A stretch of 61,319 bases of DNA from a virus (Duplodnaviria; Caudoviricetes), in the IMG/VR virus record IMGVR_UViG_3300020045_016338, positions 1 through 61,319 of that record; one strand, written 5' to 3'. The notes below the pieces were generated by a model that was not told the origin of the DNA, did not search any database, and worked only from the letters and a program-made list of their open reading frames with translations. The position numbers and the translations under genes were made by a program. Below, one piece after another: positions 8,411-18,722 of the stretch. How positions within the stretch are numbered: position 1 is the stretch's first letter; every line of letters starts with the position of its first letter.

Positions 8411-10072
8411 ATGCGTAGTGTAGCCTTTAAGGTACAGCAAGAAGATACCATTGAGCTCCGGACCGAATCGCATCTCGGTCGGGAGTTTCTTGTAGTACCT
8501 GTGGTAGCTTTGGTTGAAGGTGTTCTTCAAGGTATGAACGCTCCTGTTCCTGAATTGGCACTATCTTCAGAGTTCGGAAAAATTCCGGATGGCTGGAATG
8601 GTCGCCCAATCGTTATGAATCATCCAGTGGTTGATGGAGTTGCTGTATCGGCAAATTCGCCCGCTGTTTTGGAAGCATTTTCCTTTGGGATGATGTTCAA
8701 CACGCACGTCGAAGATAGCAAGCTGAAGTCCGAGGCATGGCTTGATGTCGCACGTGCTGCTGAAATTGGCGGAGAAATCCAGGAAACTGTCGAACGTATT
8801 CAAGCAGGCGAAATGGTCGAGATTTCGACAGGTCTGTGGACAGATACTGAAGAGAAGAAGGGCCGTTGGAACTCCAAGGAATACGGAGCTGTCTGGCATA
8901 ACATTGTGCCTGATCACCTGGCTTTTCTTTCCAAAGGTGTTAAAGGTGCTTGCTCTGTCGAAGACGGTTGCGGAACACCACGGATGAACGCCGCCACTTC
9001 CTCATTGACAACAGTAGCCAGATGGCAGGAGTATAAGATGACAACTTCCACTGAAGACTGTGGCTGTGAAGGCGCCAAGACAGGAACACCATGCACTTGT
9101 GCGGATCACGTTCACACCCACTCCCATGATGGAGAAGTGCATGCGCCGGCGCCCACAGACATTACGACTCCCGCCGAAGAATCAGAAGCCCCCGCTGTCG
9201 TCACTGTCTCCGCAACTGACATTGAAAGCGGCACGATTACTGCATCTCAAAGCGTCGGCAGTGTTCTCCTCGATCGTCTCGACCTGATTCCGCTGTCGAT
9301 TAATGCGGAGACACGAGTGCTTTCGTCTGAGGAGCCTGTTTTCTCCATTGCACGCCTCGTCGCCAATGCGATTCCCGATGGCATCATGGACGCCGACGTC
9401 CGCAAGCTTCTTTCCTATGAGCTGCGCAAGAATTCCTCGGATTGCTACGTGTACGGCTTTACCGCGTCCAAGGTGATCTACGAGACATGGAGCCGCGACT
9501 CCTATACCTATTCCATTATGCAACGTTCCTACACGATCGACGGAAGCAAACATGTCGAACTGATGGACGATGCTTCTGAAGTTCTCCTGATGACGGAGAT
9601 CATTCCTGCCGAAAGACAGCCCGGCACAAGTGATATGGCGGTCAATTCTCCCACAACCGAAGAGGAAACTCAAATGACAACCAACGCAGACGGCACGCCG
9701 ACGACCCCCGCCGAAACTGTTGTGACACCGGCTGCTTCTGCTCCGGTTGTCGCCAATGCTTCGCCTGCTCCGCGCACGATGGCCCAGTATCTCGACGAGA
9801 TGCCCACGGAAATGCGCGAATCGATGCAGATGGGCATGAAGCTGCTCTCCGACAAGAAAGCCGGTATCATCACCGCACTGAAAGCTTCCGGGCGTTGCAA
9901 GTTCTCGGATGAACAGCTCGCCGGCTATGATCTGGCCATGCTCGAAACCCTCGAAGCGCTCGCCAATGTGCAGCCGTCGTTCGAAGGCCGTGCAATGCCC
10001 CGGCAGCATTCGCAGAGCAACGACGACGTTGCACCTCCGATGCCTGAACTCTTCCCGGCCGCAGTGGCCTAA
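8411..10072 (+). CDS. Prohead protease (DUF2213-like) with scaffold-like C-terminus
   Basis: WNGRPIVMNHP, EISTG, PDHLAFL..G..GACS motifs; upstream of capsid genes. Confidence 0.85.
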   Translation: MRSVAFKVQQEDTIELRTESHLGREFLVVPVVALVEGVLQGMNAPVPELALSSEFGKIPDGWNGRPIVMNHPVVDGVAVSANSPAVLEAFSFGMMFNTHVEDSKLKSEAWLDVARAAEIGGEIQETVERIQAGEMVEISTGLWTDTEEKKGRWNSKEYGAVWHNIVPDHLAFLSKGVKGACSVEDGCGTPRMNAATSSLTTVARWQEYKMTTSTEDCGCEGAKTGTPCTCADHVHTHSHDGEVHAPAPTDITTPAEESEAPAVVTVSATDIESGTITASQSVGSVLLDRLDLIPLSINAETRVLSSEEPVFSIARLVANAIPDGIMDADVRKLLSYELRKNSSDCYVYGFTASKVIYETWSRDSYTYSIMQRSYTIDGSKHVELMDDASEVLLMTEIIPAERQPGTSDMAVNSPTTEEETQMTTNADGTPTTPAETVVTPAASAPVVANASPAPRTMAQYLDEMPTEMRESMQMGMKLLSDKKAGIITALKASGRCKFSDEQLAGYDLAMLETLEALANVQPSFEGRAMPRQHSQSNDDVAPPMPELFPAAVA

Positions 10073-10132
10073 CATCGCTTTAGGGCATGTCGCCCTAAGG
10101 TATTTTCTTCGACGTCATGAAAGGATATCGAA

Positions 10133-10555
10133 ATGGCTATCAATACCATCTTGCTCAAGGGCCGTGGCGTTCGTAAGGAAGCCAAAGCCGGCGGCACAAT
10201 CACTCCGGGCGATCTCGTACGCCTGAATTCGTCTGGTGCGCTGATCCGCAATGCTACCGCAGCTGGCCGAATCCAGTTCTGCGTTGCAGTCGAGAACGAC
10301 CTGATCGGCAAAGAAATCACGGATGACTATGTCTCCGGCGACTTCGTGCAGTCTGAAGTGCTTCGTCCGGGCGACCAGGCGTATTGCTTCGTTGCCGCGG
10401 CTGCTGCAGCCATCGTCATCGGCGATTTGCTGGAAGCTGATGCTGCCGGCGGTCTTCGCAAGCTTGCTTCGGGTCAACCGATTGCTTCTTCGCTTGATGC
10501 TCTCGACAACTCGGCCGGCGGTGCTAAGGCGCGCATTCGCGTCGACGTCATCTAA
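10133..10555 (+). CDS. Capsid decoration/cement protein
   Basis: 140 aa, Ala/Gly-rich, between protease and major capsid gene. Confidence 0.7.
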   Translation: MAINTILLKGRGVRKEAKAGGTITPGDLVRLNSSGALIRNATAAGRIQFCVAVENDLIGKEITDDYVSGDFVQSEVLRPGDQAYCFVAAAAAAIVIGDLLEADAAGGLRKLASGQPIASSLDALDNSAGGAKARIRVDVI

Positions 10556-10615
10556 CCGAAACAACAACGTCAACGTCGTATGCACGACTGACAGACACGA
10601 ACAAGGAGAATATCA

Positions 10616-11611
10616 ATGCTACAGATTGGCGATGCTGTAATCGGCAATGGTAATGGGGGTGGTGCCGCTTACGGCAATGTCGCCCAGGCCATGCTGCAAT
10701 CCGGTTTCAATGTGAACGCGTTGCGTCACAATGGGACCCTGCGCAAGGATGAGTGGATCCAGTACGACACTGCTGTCGTCGAGATTGCTCGTTCACGTCT
10801 GGTCGGCGTCGCCGATCTTCTGCGCAAAGGCCTTCGTTACCGTCTGCGCAATGCTCTGGGCACGACCCGCATCGAGTGGGAAAAGGTCTCGGACATGAAC
10901 GCGGCCGAAATCACGATGTCTGGGATCTCCGAATCGCAGAACGATCGTGTGACCTACGCGCTTGAAGGCATGCCCGTTCCGATCATCCACAAGGACTTCA
11001 ACATCAATACCCGCGTGCTCGAAGCTTCCCGCAAGACCGGCGAAGCGCTCGATACCACCCAGGCTCGTGTTGCTGCCCGCAAGGTCTCGGAAACCATCGA
11101 AACGATGCTGTTCTCCGGCGCCACCGTCCTCGGCTCCAACAACCCGATCTACGGTTACAAAACGGCTCCGAACCGTAACACCGGCTCGCTGACCGCTAAC
11201 TGGGCTACTGCGACTGGCGATCAGATCGTCGCTGACATCCTCACCATGATCGGTCGTCTGACTGGCGACAACATGTATGGTCCGTATGTCATCTACGTTC
11301 CGAACGATGCCTACGTCGGCCTGGGCCGCGATTTCAAGACCAACTCGGACAAGACGATCCTGTCCCGCATCTTGGAAATGCCGCTCATCGAAGCTATCGT
11401 CATGACCAAGGATCTGGCGACGGCCGAAGTCATCATGATTCAGCTGACCTCCGAAGTGGTCGACATGGTCGACGGTATGCAGCCCACCACTGTTCAGTGG
11501 GAAAGCCATGCAGGCTTCATCGTTCACTTCAAGGTGCTGGCGATCATGATTCCGCGCATCAGGAATGACTTCCTGCTGCAGTCTGGCATCGCCCACTACG
11601 TCTACCCGTAA
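10616..11611 (+). CDS. Major capsid protein (HK97 fold, encapsulin-like family)
   Basis: LRKDEW..D, PVPIIHKDF, GPYVIYV motifs; AAGGAG RBS. Confidence 0.85.
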   Translation: MLQIGDAVIGNGNGGGAAYGNVAQAMLQSGFNVNALRHNGTLRKDEWIQYDTAVVEIARSRLVGVADLLRKGLRYRLRNALGTTRIEWEKVSDMNAAEITMSGISESQNDRVTYALEGMPVPIIHKDFNINTRVLEASRKTGEALDTTQARVAARKVSETIETMLFSGATVLGSNNPIYGYKTAPNRNTGSLTANWATATGDQIVADILTMIGRLTGDNMYGPYVIYVPNDAYVGLGRDFKTNSDKTILSRILEMPLIEAIVMTKDLATAEVIMIQLTSEVVDMVDGMQPTTVQWESHAGFIVHFKVLAIMIPRIRNDFLLQSGIAHYVYP

Positions 11612-11618
11612 CGGATAT

Positions 11619-11654
11619 GATTAGCCCCTCTGCGTGAAAACGTACGGGCTAATC
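11619..11654 (+). terminator. Stem-loop after the capsid gene
   Basis: GATTAGCCC...GGGCTAATC; weak U-tail. Confidence 0.5.
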
Positions 11655-11684
11655 TTCCAGTTACTCAACCAACAGGAGGCCACG

Positions 11685-12140
11685 ATGGCTGATACCCCCA
11701 AGGCAAGCCCCAACGCTGCCGAAATCAAGAAGACCCAGACTGATCAGACTCCCGGTGCTGAAACGACTCAGGGCGCTGTGGTAACCGGCCAGACTGGCGG
11801 TCCGCAGACTTCCCTGGATGCGACGAATCCGTCCAATGTGCCAGCTGAACCGAAAGAACCCGTTACTTCGACTGAAGCTGGTGCTGGCAATTCGTCGACC
11901 GGTCAGTCGCTTGAAGTCGCTGACGGTCATGTGCTCGATATGCGTGATTCCGCTGATCGCGCTTACATGGCGAGCATGGCTGATGTCGATGAATGGCCCA
12001 AGCGTTTCGTTCTCGTCAACGGCAAACACGACGGCGTCGACAAGAATGGCGACAAGAAGACGTTCCTGCCTGGCGATTCGGTCATGTTGTCGGAAATGGG
12101 CTTCAAGTCCTTCGGCGACAAGTTCCGTCTCCCGAACTGA
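11685..12140 (+). CDS. Hypothetical virion-module protein
   Basis: AGGAGG RBS before MADTPK; low-complexity N-terminus. Confidence 0.7.
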   Translation: MADTPKASPNAAEIKKTQTDQTPGAETTQGAVVTGQTGGPQTSLDATNPSNVPAEPKEPVTSTEAGAGNSSTGQSLEVADGHVLDMRDSADRAYMASMADVDEWPKRFVLVNGKHDGVDKNGDKKTFLPGDSVMLSEMGFKSFGDKFRLPN

Positions 12141-12156
12141 CAGAAGGAAATAGGCC

Positions 12157-12558
12157 GTGGCTGTAACCCTTGCTGATTTGAAAGCGTTGTATCCGAGTGC
12201 ACTGACTGATCCTCAATATCAGACGGCTTTGGATACTGCTGAAATGATCGTGACGGAACAGCTGCGGCCTTCCTGCCCAATGACTGAAGCGCGATACGAC
12301 AAGGTTACTTTATATCTTGCCGCACATTTCGCTAGCGTTACGGCCAATTTTACTGCAGGCAACAGCGGGGCGCTGAAGTCCCAGAAGATTGGTGCAGCTT
12401 CTGAATCGTATGCTACCATCGGCGAAGGTGAATATGGGTATTCCACATCGCCTTGGGGCCAAGCCGCTATCCAGTTGGATACTTGCGGTATTTTGGCAGC
12501 TTCCGGAGCGAATAAAGGACTTAAGGCTCTCTTTACTGTTGTTGGAGATGCCTCATGA
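12157..12558 (+). CDS. Head-tail adaptor
   Basis: LYLAAH...S.YG/WGQ pattern of DUF4054-like adaptors; synteny. Confidence 0.7.
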   Translation: MAVTLADLKALYPSALTDPQYQTALDTAEMIVTEQLRPSCPMTEARYDKVTLYLAAHFASVTANFTAGNSGALKSQKIGAASESYATIGEGEYGYSTSPWGQAAIQLDTCGILAASGANKGLKALFTVVGDAS

Positions 12559-12884
12559 ATCTTTCACGGATGCTCAACCAGCAAGCCACGTATTGGGCAA
12601 GTCTTGGCCAAGATGAATATAGCAGGACTTCTTTTGCTGCCCCCACCACTATTGCTGTTCGGTGGGAAGATACCGCAGAAGTCATCCGTAACAAGAAGGG
12701 TGACGAGTATGTATCTAAGTCAACGGTGTTTTGCGCTACTGACTTTGCCTTAGATGGGTACTTGTATAACGGAGTAAGTGCCGAAGCTGACCCGAGAGTT
12801 GTTAGCGGGGCACATGAAATCATGCAGATTTCAAAAATTCCGGATCTTCGTAGCATGCAGGAATTGTTTACAGCATTTCTTTGA
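12555..12884 (+). CDS. Head closure protein
   Basis: TYW...D.Y....F..P..I.VRWED pattern; synteny. Confidence 0.65.
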   Translation: MNLSRMLNQQATYWASLGQDEYSRTSFAAPTTIAVRWEDTAEVIRNKKGDEYVSKSTVFCATDFALDGYLYNGVSAEADPRVVSGAHEIMQISKIPDLRSMQELFTAFL

Positions 12885-12895
12885 GGTTATGGCAT

Positions 12896-13360
12896 ATGGT
12901 GAAGCGTTTACATATTGGGGTAGGGCTACGGAGGCAACGTTCAACGCCTCTGTATCCGTCTGAGCCCGGGTATGTACAAGAGATGCGTGCTACCTCTAAA
13001 ATGCTTGTCGATGAACTCTTGTCCATTGTGGATCAGTTTGAAGACGTCTCCACCGAAGTCATGATGGAGGCTTTGCAACCCACGTTTGAAAAGGCGAAAT
13101 ATTACACGCCCAAAGATACGATGGAATTGGTGGAATCTGCATATCTTGTGTCGACGACTTTTCGTAGTAAGCCGCGTGTTGAAATGGGTTTTGCACGTGC
13201 TGGTAAGCCTCACTACGGCATTTATGTACATGAGATCGTAGAGTACCAACACGCTGAGCCTACCCGTGCGAAGTTTCTTGAGGCTGCGGTATTCGAAGAT
13301 TTGGATGACCTCTATCAACGGTTGGGCGCAGGCTATCGCACATTTATGGGAGGTACATAA
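12896..13360 (+). CDS. Neck protein (HK97 gp10-like)
   Basis: TPKDT.EL..S, Y.IYVHE, AKFLE motifs. Confidence 0.65.
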   Translation: MVKRLHIGVGLRRQRSTPLYPSEPGYVQEMRATSKMLVDELLSIVDQFEDVSTEVMMEALQPTFEKAKYYTPKDTMELVESAYLVSTTFRSKPRVEMGFARAGKPHYGIYVHEIVEYQHAEPTRAKFLEAAVFEDLDDLYQRLGAGYRTFMGGT

Positions 13361-13812
13361 TGTCATCTCCTACGATTATATTGGCGCGACTCCTTATCGA
13401 CAAAGGCGTGGGACTTCTGACAGGGACGCCAGTCCTTCCAGTCTGGAGTATTAAAATCGGCCGCAAGACCGAAACGCCTGCAAACCAGATTGTTCTGTAT
13501 GATACCGGCGGATCAAATCCTAATACCAAGTTCTCGCTGGATTTTGTACATGTACAAGCACTCGTAAGAGGCGTTGCTGAAGACTATCCAGGAGCGTATG
13601 CTAAGGCACGTGATGTCAAGGATGCGTTATTGGGCATCGATTCGCAAGACGTAGTGGTTGGAGCGGATACTGTCAGAGTCGTCGGAATAACGATGTTGGC
13701 AGATATTGCTTTCATAGGGTATGATAGCAACAACCGACCAGAGTTCACTATTAACTTTCGCCTACTGCAGGAACGCGTTCCAAGCGCCCTGTCGAACAGA
13801 GACTCTTTATAA
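13360..13812 (+). CDS. Tail terminator
   Basis: LYDTGG, VQALVRG, GYD.NNR..F..NF motifs. Confidence 0.7.
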   Translation: MSSPTIILARLLIDKGVGLLTGTPVLPVWSIKIGRKTETPANQIVLYDTGGSNPNTKFSLDFVHVQALVRGVAEDYPGAYAKARDVKDALLGIDSQDVVVGADTVRVVGITMLADIAFIGYDSNNRPEFTINFRLLQERVPSALSNRDSL

Positions 13813-13827
13813 CAGGAGACCATTACC

Positions 13828-14865
13828 ATGGCAAAGCGTATTCGCATTTCTGACGATAACGGCTCAAATTGGTACACTCTGCCAGGTAATACTGGGGAGC
13901 TATCTTTGGAAGCCGGTGAGATCGATGACACTATCTTCGATCAGGCATACCAATCTTCGCAGACTGGCCTTATCGGCTGGACTGTTTCTGCAAATGCCCT
14001 GTATAAGGGGTTCGCCGGCTATGTAGCCAAGATTCTCAAGCAGGGATCTTCAACTACCATGACAGCCGAGGCGATGTCGCTTGTCACAGGTAAGACCTAT
14101 AAGATTACTGCCGCTGCGAAACAGGTGATCAATCGTGCAGTTGCTTATACCGTCAAAGGGAATGGTATTGCGATTGCAGCGTCCAATATCGAATCGGTCG
14201 ATTTTCTTTTCGGCCGGGTGACATTCATCTCTTCGTATACCCCCGTTACGCCTATTACGATTGATGGGGCATATTTCCCCACGGTTGTGGTTGGGTGCTC
14301 CAACAGCTTTACGCTGACGCAGACGACTAACGCAGTCGATAATACCTGTATCGATACGGCGCAGACCAATTCAGGTCATCGCACTTTCGAAGCAGGGCTG
14401 AAGACTGTATCGCTCGAACTGCAGGGCGTGTACAAAGCGGCCAACGCATATCTTACGGCGCTGATTGCACGTTCGGAACTGATTATCGAAATCAATCCGG
14501 ATGGTAATTCGAAGAGTGTTGCCCGCGGCTTCTTCAAGCCTATCAACACGGGACAGTCGGGTGATGTCGGCGATCTCGAACAGCAGACTGTGCAGTTCAA
14601 TCTGGCAGTGCCGGATCAGACACTCCTACAGTATGCATTCCACTGGATTCATGCCAGTGACACTACCTTGAATACCGGCGTCCAGAAGATGCTGAATTCT
14701 TGGGAACTCGGTAGCATTATCGATATGCAGTATCTCCCCGATGGTACTTCTGGTTGGGCGGGTGATTGCATCGTTACCGATCTTACTTTGACTGGTGGCC
14801 TCGAAGCGATGAACGAGTTCGCCGTCAATCGTCAGGGTACAGGCGCTTTGACGGTTGTTCCTTAA
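13828..14865 (+). CDS. Major tail tube protein
   Basis: AGGAG RBS; Thr/Ser-rich 345 aa; C-terminal F....QGTGAL. Confidence 0.8.
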   Translation: MAKRIRISDDNGSNWYTLPGNTGELSLEAGEIDDTIFDQAYQSSQTGLIGWTVSANALYKGFAGYVAKILKQGSSTTMTAEAMSLVTGKTYKITAAAKQVINRAVAYTVKGNGIAIAASNIESVDFLFGRVTFISSYTPVTPITIDGAYFPTVVVGCSNSFTLTQTTNAVDNTCIDTAQTNSGHRTFEAGLKTVSLELQGVYKAANAYLTALIARSELIIEINPDGNSKSVARGFFKPINTGQSGDVGDLEQQTVQFNLAVPDQTLLQYAFHWIHASDTTLNTGVQKMLNSWELGSIIDMQYLPDGTSGWAGDCIVTDLTLTGGLEAMNEFAVNRQGTGALTVVP

Positions 14866-14878
14866 CTAGCATAGCATA

Positions 14879-14917
14879 CCGCGTCTCCTTTATTTTTTCT
14901 TCCCCGGGGAGACGCGG
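14879..14917 (+). terminator. Stem-loop after the major tail gene
   Basis: CCGCGTCTCC...GGAGACGCGG, 10-bp stem with pyrimidine-rich loop. Confidence 0.5.
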
Positions 14918-14972
14918 AAACATTGTATACGAAACATCGTTTAGCACTTCACAAATGTCATAGGAGGCAACC

Positions 14973-15359
14973 ATGACAAAAGAATCCGGAATTGAAACAC
15001 CTGCACCGAAAAGTCGCGACGAGATTCGCGCGCAAGTCTTCAGCAGTGCGCACAAGGTAAAATCGGAACAGATTCTGTTCTTCGGTTCAATCATCGAGAT
15101 TCGCCAGCCGACTCTCGGTGGTATTATCGATGCGCGCAGTAAAGCTGATGGCAATGTTGCAATTGTCGATACGCTTGTTGAACGTGCGTACGTTCCAGGC
15201 ACTGACACCAAAGTTTTCGAAGAAACTGATGCTGATGGGCTTAAAGCAATGCCTTTCGGTGCAGATTTCATTCGTGTAACGGAGGCGCTAACGCGACTGA
15301 CTGAAGTAAATTTTCCGACGCCAAAGCTGCCTTCCGAAGCAATCAATGGAAATACTTGA
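14973..15359 (+). CDS. Tail assembly chaperone (gpG-like)
   Basis: Between tail tube and tape measure genes; slippery site near 3' end. Confidence 0.75.
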   Translation: MTKESGIETPAPKSRDEIRAQVFSSAHKVKSEQILFFGSIIEIRQPTLGGIIDARSKADGNVAIVDTLVERAYVPGTDTKVFEETDADGLKAMPFGADFIRVTEALTRLTEVNFPTPKLPSEAINGNT

Positions 15360-15508
15360 CATTTGACCTAGCTTACGAGCTGGGGTATTCTATCGAGACC
15401 GTTGAAGCAATGACGCCTGAACGATTTACTGACTGGATTGCTTATTTTGCCGTACAAGGTGAAAAGAAGAAAGCAGCCGAACGTCGAAACGGATCAGGCA
15501 AACGATAA
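15308..15508 (+). CDS. -1 frameshift extension of the chaperone (gpGT-like)
   Basis: A AAT TTT at 15308-15314; -1 frame reads FSDAKAAF...LAYELGYSIETVEAMTPERFTDWIAYF...KR*. Confidence 0.75.
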   Translation, partial: KFSDAKAAFRSNQWKYLTFDLAYELGYSIETVEAMTPERFTDWIAYFAVQGEKKKAAERRNGSGKR

Positions 15509-15527
15509 GAGAGAGGCGGTGGTGTAG

Positions 15528-18500
15528 ATGGCTATTAATCTAGGCGATATCAATTTTGGTCTAGGGCCGGATACCCGCCGCCTTGAAGCTGCGCGACGGC
15601 TTATTGTGCAGTTTGGTCAAGACGTTAATCGTGCGGCAAAATTGCAAGCCGATGGCGCTCGTGCAGCTGAGGCAGCTCTTCGTCGTCAAGAAAGGGCCCT
15701 TGTTTCAGCTTCTCAGCAAGCGGCCAATCTAAATTCCGCCATTCGCCGTTCTGCAGGTTCGGAAAAGCTTATTGACGATGTCAACAGAGCATTCGAGCGA
15801 TTGTCCCGTGAGATGACTGCTGGAACGCAGACTGCTTTGCAATATCAGCGGTCTCAAGAAGGTTTCCAAGTTACTGTTGCTAGAGTTGCACGTGCGCTTA
15901 AAGAAGAGCAGCAGGCAATTCAACAGGCTGCGACTGCCCAAAAGGAAGCAGCTGCAATTGCAGTAAAATCAGCCAAAGAGATTGAGTCGGCGCAACGTAC
16001 CGCTGTTAAGCAGGCGTTCGACATGGCCCGAGCTCAAGAACAAGCCGCGATGCAAACATCGAAGGCTTTCTTCAATGCTGAGAAGAGTGTCACAGCTTTC
16101 AATGCTGCAGTCGCACGTGTTAAGGCTCCTACTTCATTGTCTGGACAAGCCAATAATCTAATGGCACAGTTCCAGAATGCATTTAATTCAGCTGGAACGT
16201 CAAAAACTGGGCAGATGCAGTCTATTCAGGCCTTTAAGAAAGGAATGGCAGAACTCTCGGTTGAACTTGACAAGTTCAAGGCTAAGGCAAGAGAAGCCGG
16301 CCGTTCTGGAATGGAAGAAAGCCTCCGTAGACTTGCTGACGTATCAGTGTTGGTATCTGGTCCAATGTCAGGTCTTGCGACCCGATTGCAGTTGATCTCA
16401 TCGTTGGCAGGACGAGTCTCGATAGCAACCGCTGCTATGGTTACTGGACTTGCTGCAGGTGCATATGCATTTGTACAGCTTGGCAAAGGCGCAATTGAAG
16501 CCAATAAAGGCTTCGAACGTATTGATATGGCTTTGACTTCATTGTCAGGCAGTTCAACTATTGCTGCAGTTCAAATGGCCAATCTTATGCGTACGTCTGA
16601 TACTGCGGGGACTTCGTTCCTATCTACTGCACAGATGTTCACGCAACTTGAAGCAGCATCTGCAGGAACAAATCTGGAAGGCGAAGCAACCAAGAAGCTG
16701 TTTGAACAGATTACCTTTGCATCTACTAAGATGGGACTATCGCAACAGGATCTTGAAGGCGCATTGCGTGCTGTTTCGCAGATCATGTCCAAGGGTACCG
16801 TTTCGGCAGAAGAACTTCGCGGGCAGTTGGGCGATAGAATTCCAGGTGCCGTCAACATCATGGCGAAGGCTTTGGGAGTCTCTACTGCCAAGCTTGGCGA
16901 ATTGATGAAGAAGGGGCAAGTGTCATCCGATGCACTGATCAAGTTTGGGGATGAATTGGCGCGGAGACTAGGAGTTGATACTACTAAGGCAATTGATAAC
17001 ACAGTTGCGGCAGAGAATCGACTTGAAACAGCACTATACCGTTTCAACAAGGCTTTGGATGAGAGTGTAGGATACTCTTTGGTATATAAAGCGGCACTTA
17101 AAGGACTAGTTGATGTAATTGACTGGTTTGCCACTAACATTGATGGAGTATTTAAAACAATTGGTGCTGCCGCTGGAGCTGCCGCTGCCGGGATGGCGTT
17201 GATGTATGCTCCAGCACTAATTTCGGGACTAACTGCTGTACTTGGATTGATACGCGGACTTGCAGTTGCAATGGTTACGTTTACTACTGCAACTCTCGCT
17301 AATCCTTTAGGCGCAATTGCAGGATTGCTTGTACGTCTAGCAATTGTTGCTTCAGGTGCAGCTGTCGGCTATGAACTTATGACAGCAGCAATCGGTGATA
17401 CCGCTTCTGCACATGCTGGAGCTATTCCTGAAGTCCGTCAGTATATTCGTGCCCAGGAAGATATGAAGTATTCCATTCGCGATACGACAATGGAATATAT
17501 CAAACAGCAGGAAGTAATGCTTCAAGGACTTAAGAACCAGATTAATCAGGTTCGTTTGTCTAAGCAACAAGCAGAAAAGACTCTGTTCTCGGAAGAGGGC
17601 GGATACACTATGGATCCGATTACCGGACAACCTATGTTGGATCCGACGTTGCAGGCTGCTGCTGCTGCAACCCTCAAGCAGACCGAAGGACAGTTGCAGA
17701 CGCTGAATGCCAGTGTTCGTCAAGCATCGGAAGATAATGCTAAACTGAATGAGATCCTCAAGAAGCAGACGGAGATTGAAAAGAAGCGATCTGATGGACT
17801 CTCCGACTTTACCGAAGGTACAAAGAAGAGCTCCTCGGCAGTCTCTAATGCAATGGATCAGGCGAACGACGATATTCGCAAAGTTCAAGCTGCTTTGGAA
17901 ATGCAAGGACTGCCAAAGTATATGCAGGAATGGGCACGTGTACAAGCGGGTATCAATGAAAGCATTGATCAATTCCGCGATAAGCTCGTGCAAGCTAAAG
18001 TACCATTGGATGTAATTAACGCTAAGACGGCCGAGTATGGAACTCTGCTGCGCAAGCTTAAAGAAGGCGAATATTACATCAAGACCACCACCTCCTCATG
18101 GGAAGCTTTGAGTGGCGTGTTGTCGAGGGGCATGGATAATGCAATGTCCACAATGGTTGATGATATCATGAACGGTGTTTCAGCAATGGAAACACTTCGT
18201 AATGTCGGTAAAGCCGTTGTTGCTGATTTGCTAAAGACCTTCTTGCAGTTGTCTATTGTTAACCCTTTGAAGAATGCCCTATTTGGAGGGGATACTTCTT
18301 CCGGGATGCCTTTCCAAACGCTATCAGGCGGTTTGATTGGATCGCTATTCGGAGGGCTTGGAGGTGCTGTTAATGGAGGAGGCGCAGGAGCACATCTTGC
18401 AGGCGGTACTCCTAACTGGAAAGGCGGAATGACTTGGGTTGGTGAGAATGGGCCTGAACGAGTTTCATTACCTCGAGGTAGTCGTGTAACCCCCACACAT

Positions 18501-18722
18501 CGTAGTAGTGGGCGTAACGCGGGTAATGGAACATCGGAAATTGTCATTACATTCGATAATGACGGCTTTAAGAGTTATGTTAAAAAAGCCGCAGATGCAG
18601 CCGCCACTGAAAAAACAGCTATAGGCCTTCAAAAGGGGTTGGATCATTACGGCGAAACAAAGTTTGGCGACCATTTCGAAAAACACATCAAACATCGCCG
18701 TTGGCGGGGAGCGACTAAATAA
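15528..18722 (+). CDS. Tape measure protein
   Basis: 1064 aa, Ala-rich; QIMSKGTVSAEELRGQLGDRIPGA and VGENGPE motifs. Confidence 0.92.
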   Translation: MAINLGDINFGLGPDTRRLEAARRLIVQFGQDVNRAAKLQADGARAAEAALRRQERALVSASQQAANLNSAIRRSAGSEKLIDDVNRAFERLSREMTAGTQTALQYQRSQEGFQVTVARVARALKEEQQAIQQAATAQKEAAAIAVKSAKEIESAQRTAVKQAFDMARAQEQAAMQTSKAFFNAEKSVTAFNAAVARVKAPTSLSGQANNLMAQFQNAFNSAGTSKTGQMQSIQAFKKGMAELSVELDKFKAKAREAGRSGMEESLRRLADVSVLVSGPMSGLATRLQLISSLAGRVSIATAAMVTGLAAGAYAFVQLGKGAIEANKGFERIDMALTSLSGSSTIAAVQMANLMRTSDTAGTSFLSTAQMFTQLEAASAGTNLEGEATKKLFEQITFASTKMGLSQQDLEGALRAVSQIMSKGTVSAEELRGQLGDRIPGAVNIMAKALGVSTAKLGELMKKGQVSSDALIKFGDELARRLGVDTTKAIDNTVAAENRLETALYRFNKALDESVGYSLVYKAALKGLVDVIDWFATNIDGVFKTIGAAAGAAAAGMALMYAPALISGLTAVLGLIRGLAVAMVTFTTATLANPLGAIAGLLVRLAIVASGAAVGYELMTAAIGDTASAHAGAIPEVRQYIRAQEDMKYSIRDTTMEYIKQQEVMLQGLKNQINQVRLSKQQAEKTLFSEEGGYTMDPITGQPMLDPTLQAAAAATLKQTEGQLQTLNASVRQASEDNAKLNEILKKQTEIEKKRSDGLSDFTEGTKKSSSAVSNAMDQANDDIRKVQAALEMQGLPKYMQEWARVQAGINESIDQFRDKLVQAKVPLDVINAKTAEYGTLLRKLKEGEYYIKTTTSSWEALSGVLSRGMDNAMSTMVDDIMNGVSAMETLRNVGKAVVADLLKTFLQLSIVNPLKNALFGGDTSSGMPFQTLSGGLIGSLFGGLGGAVNGGGAGAHLAGGTPNWKGGMTWVGENGPERVSLPRGSRVTPTHRSSGRNAGNGTSEIVITFDNDGFKSYVKKAADAAATEKTAIGLQKGLDHYGETKFGDHFEKHIKHRRWRGATK

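Noticed and set aside
10616-11611. Encapsulin/bacteriocin call
   Set aside because: Position in a complete head module indicates the major capsid protein
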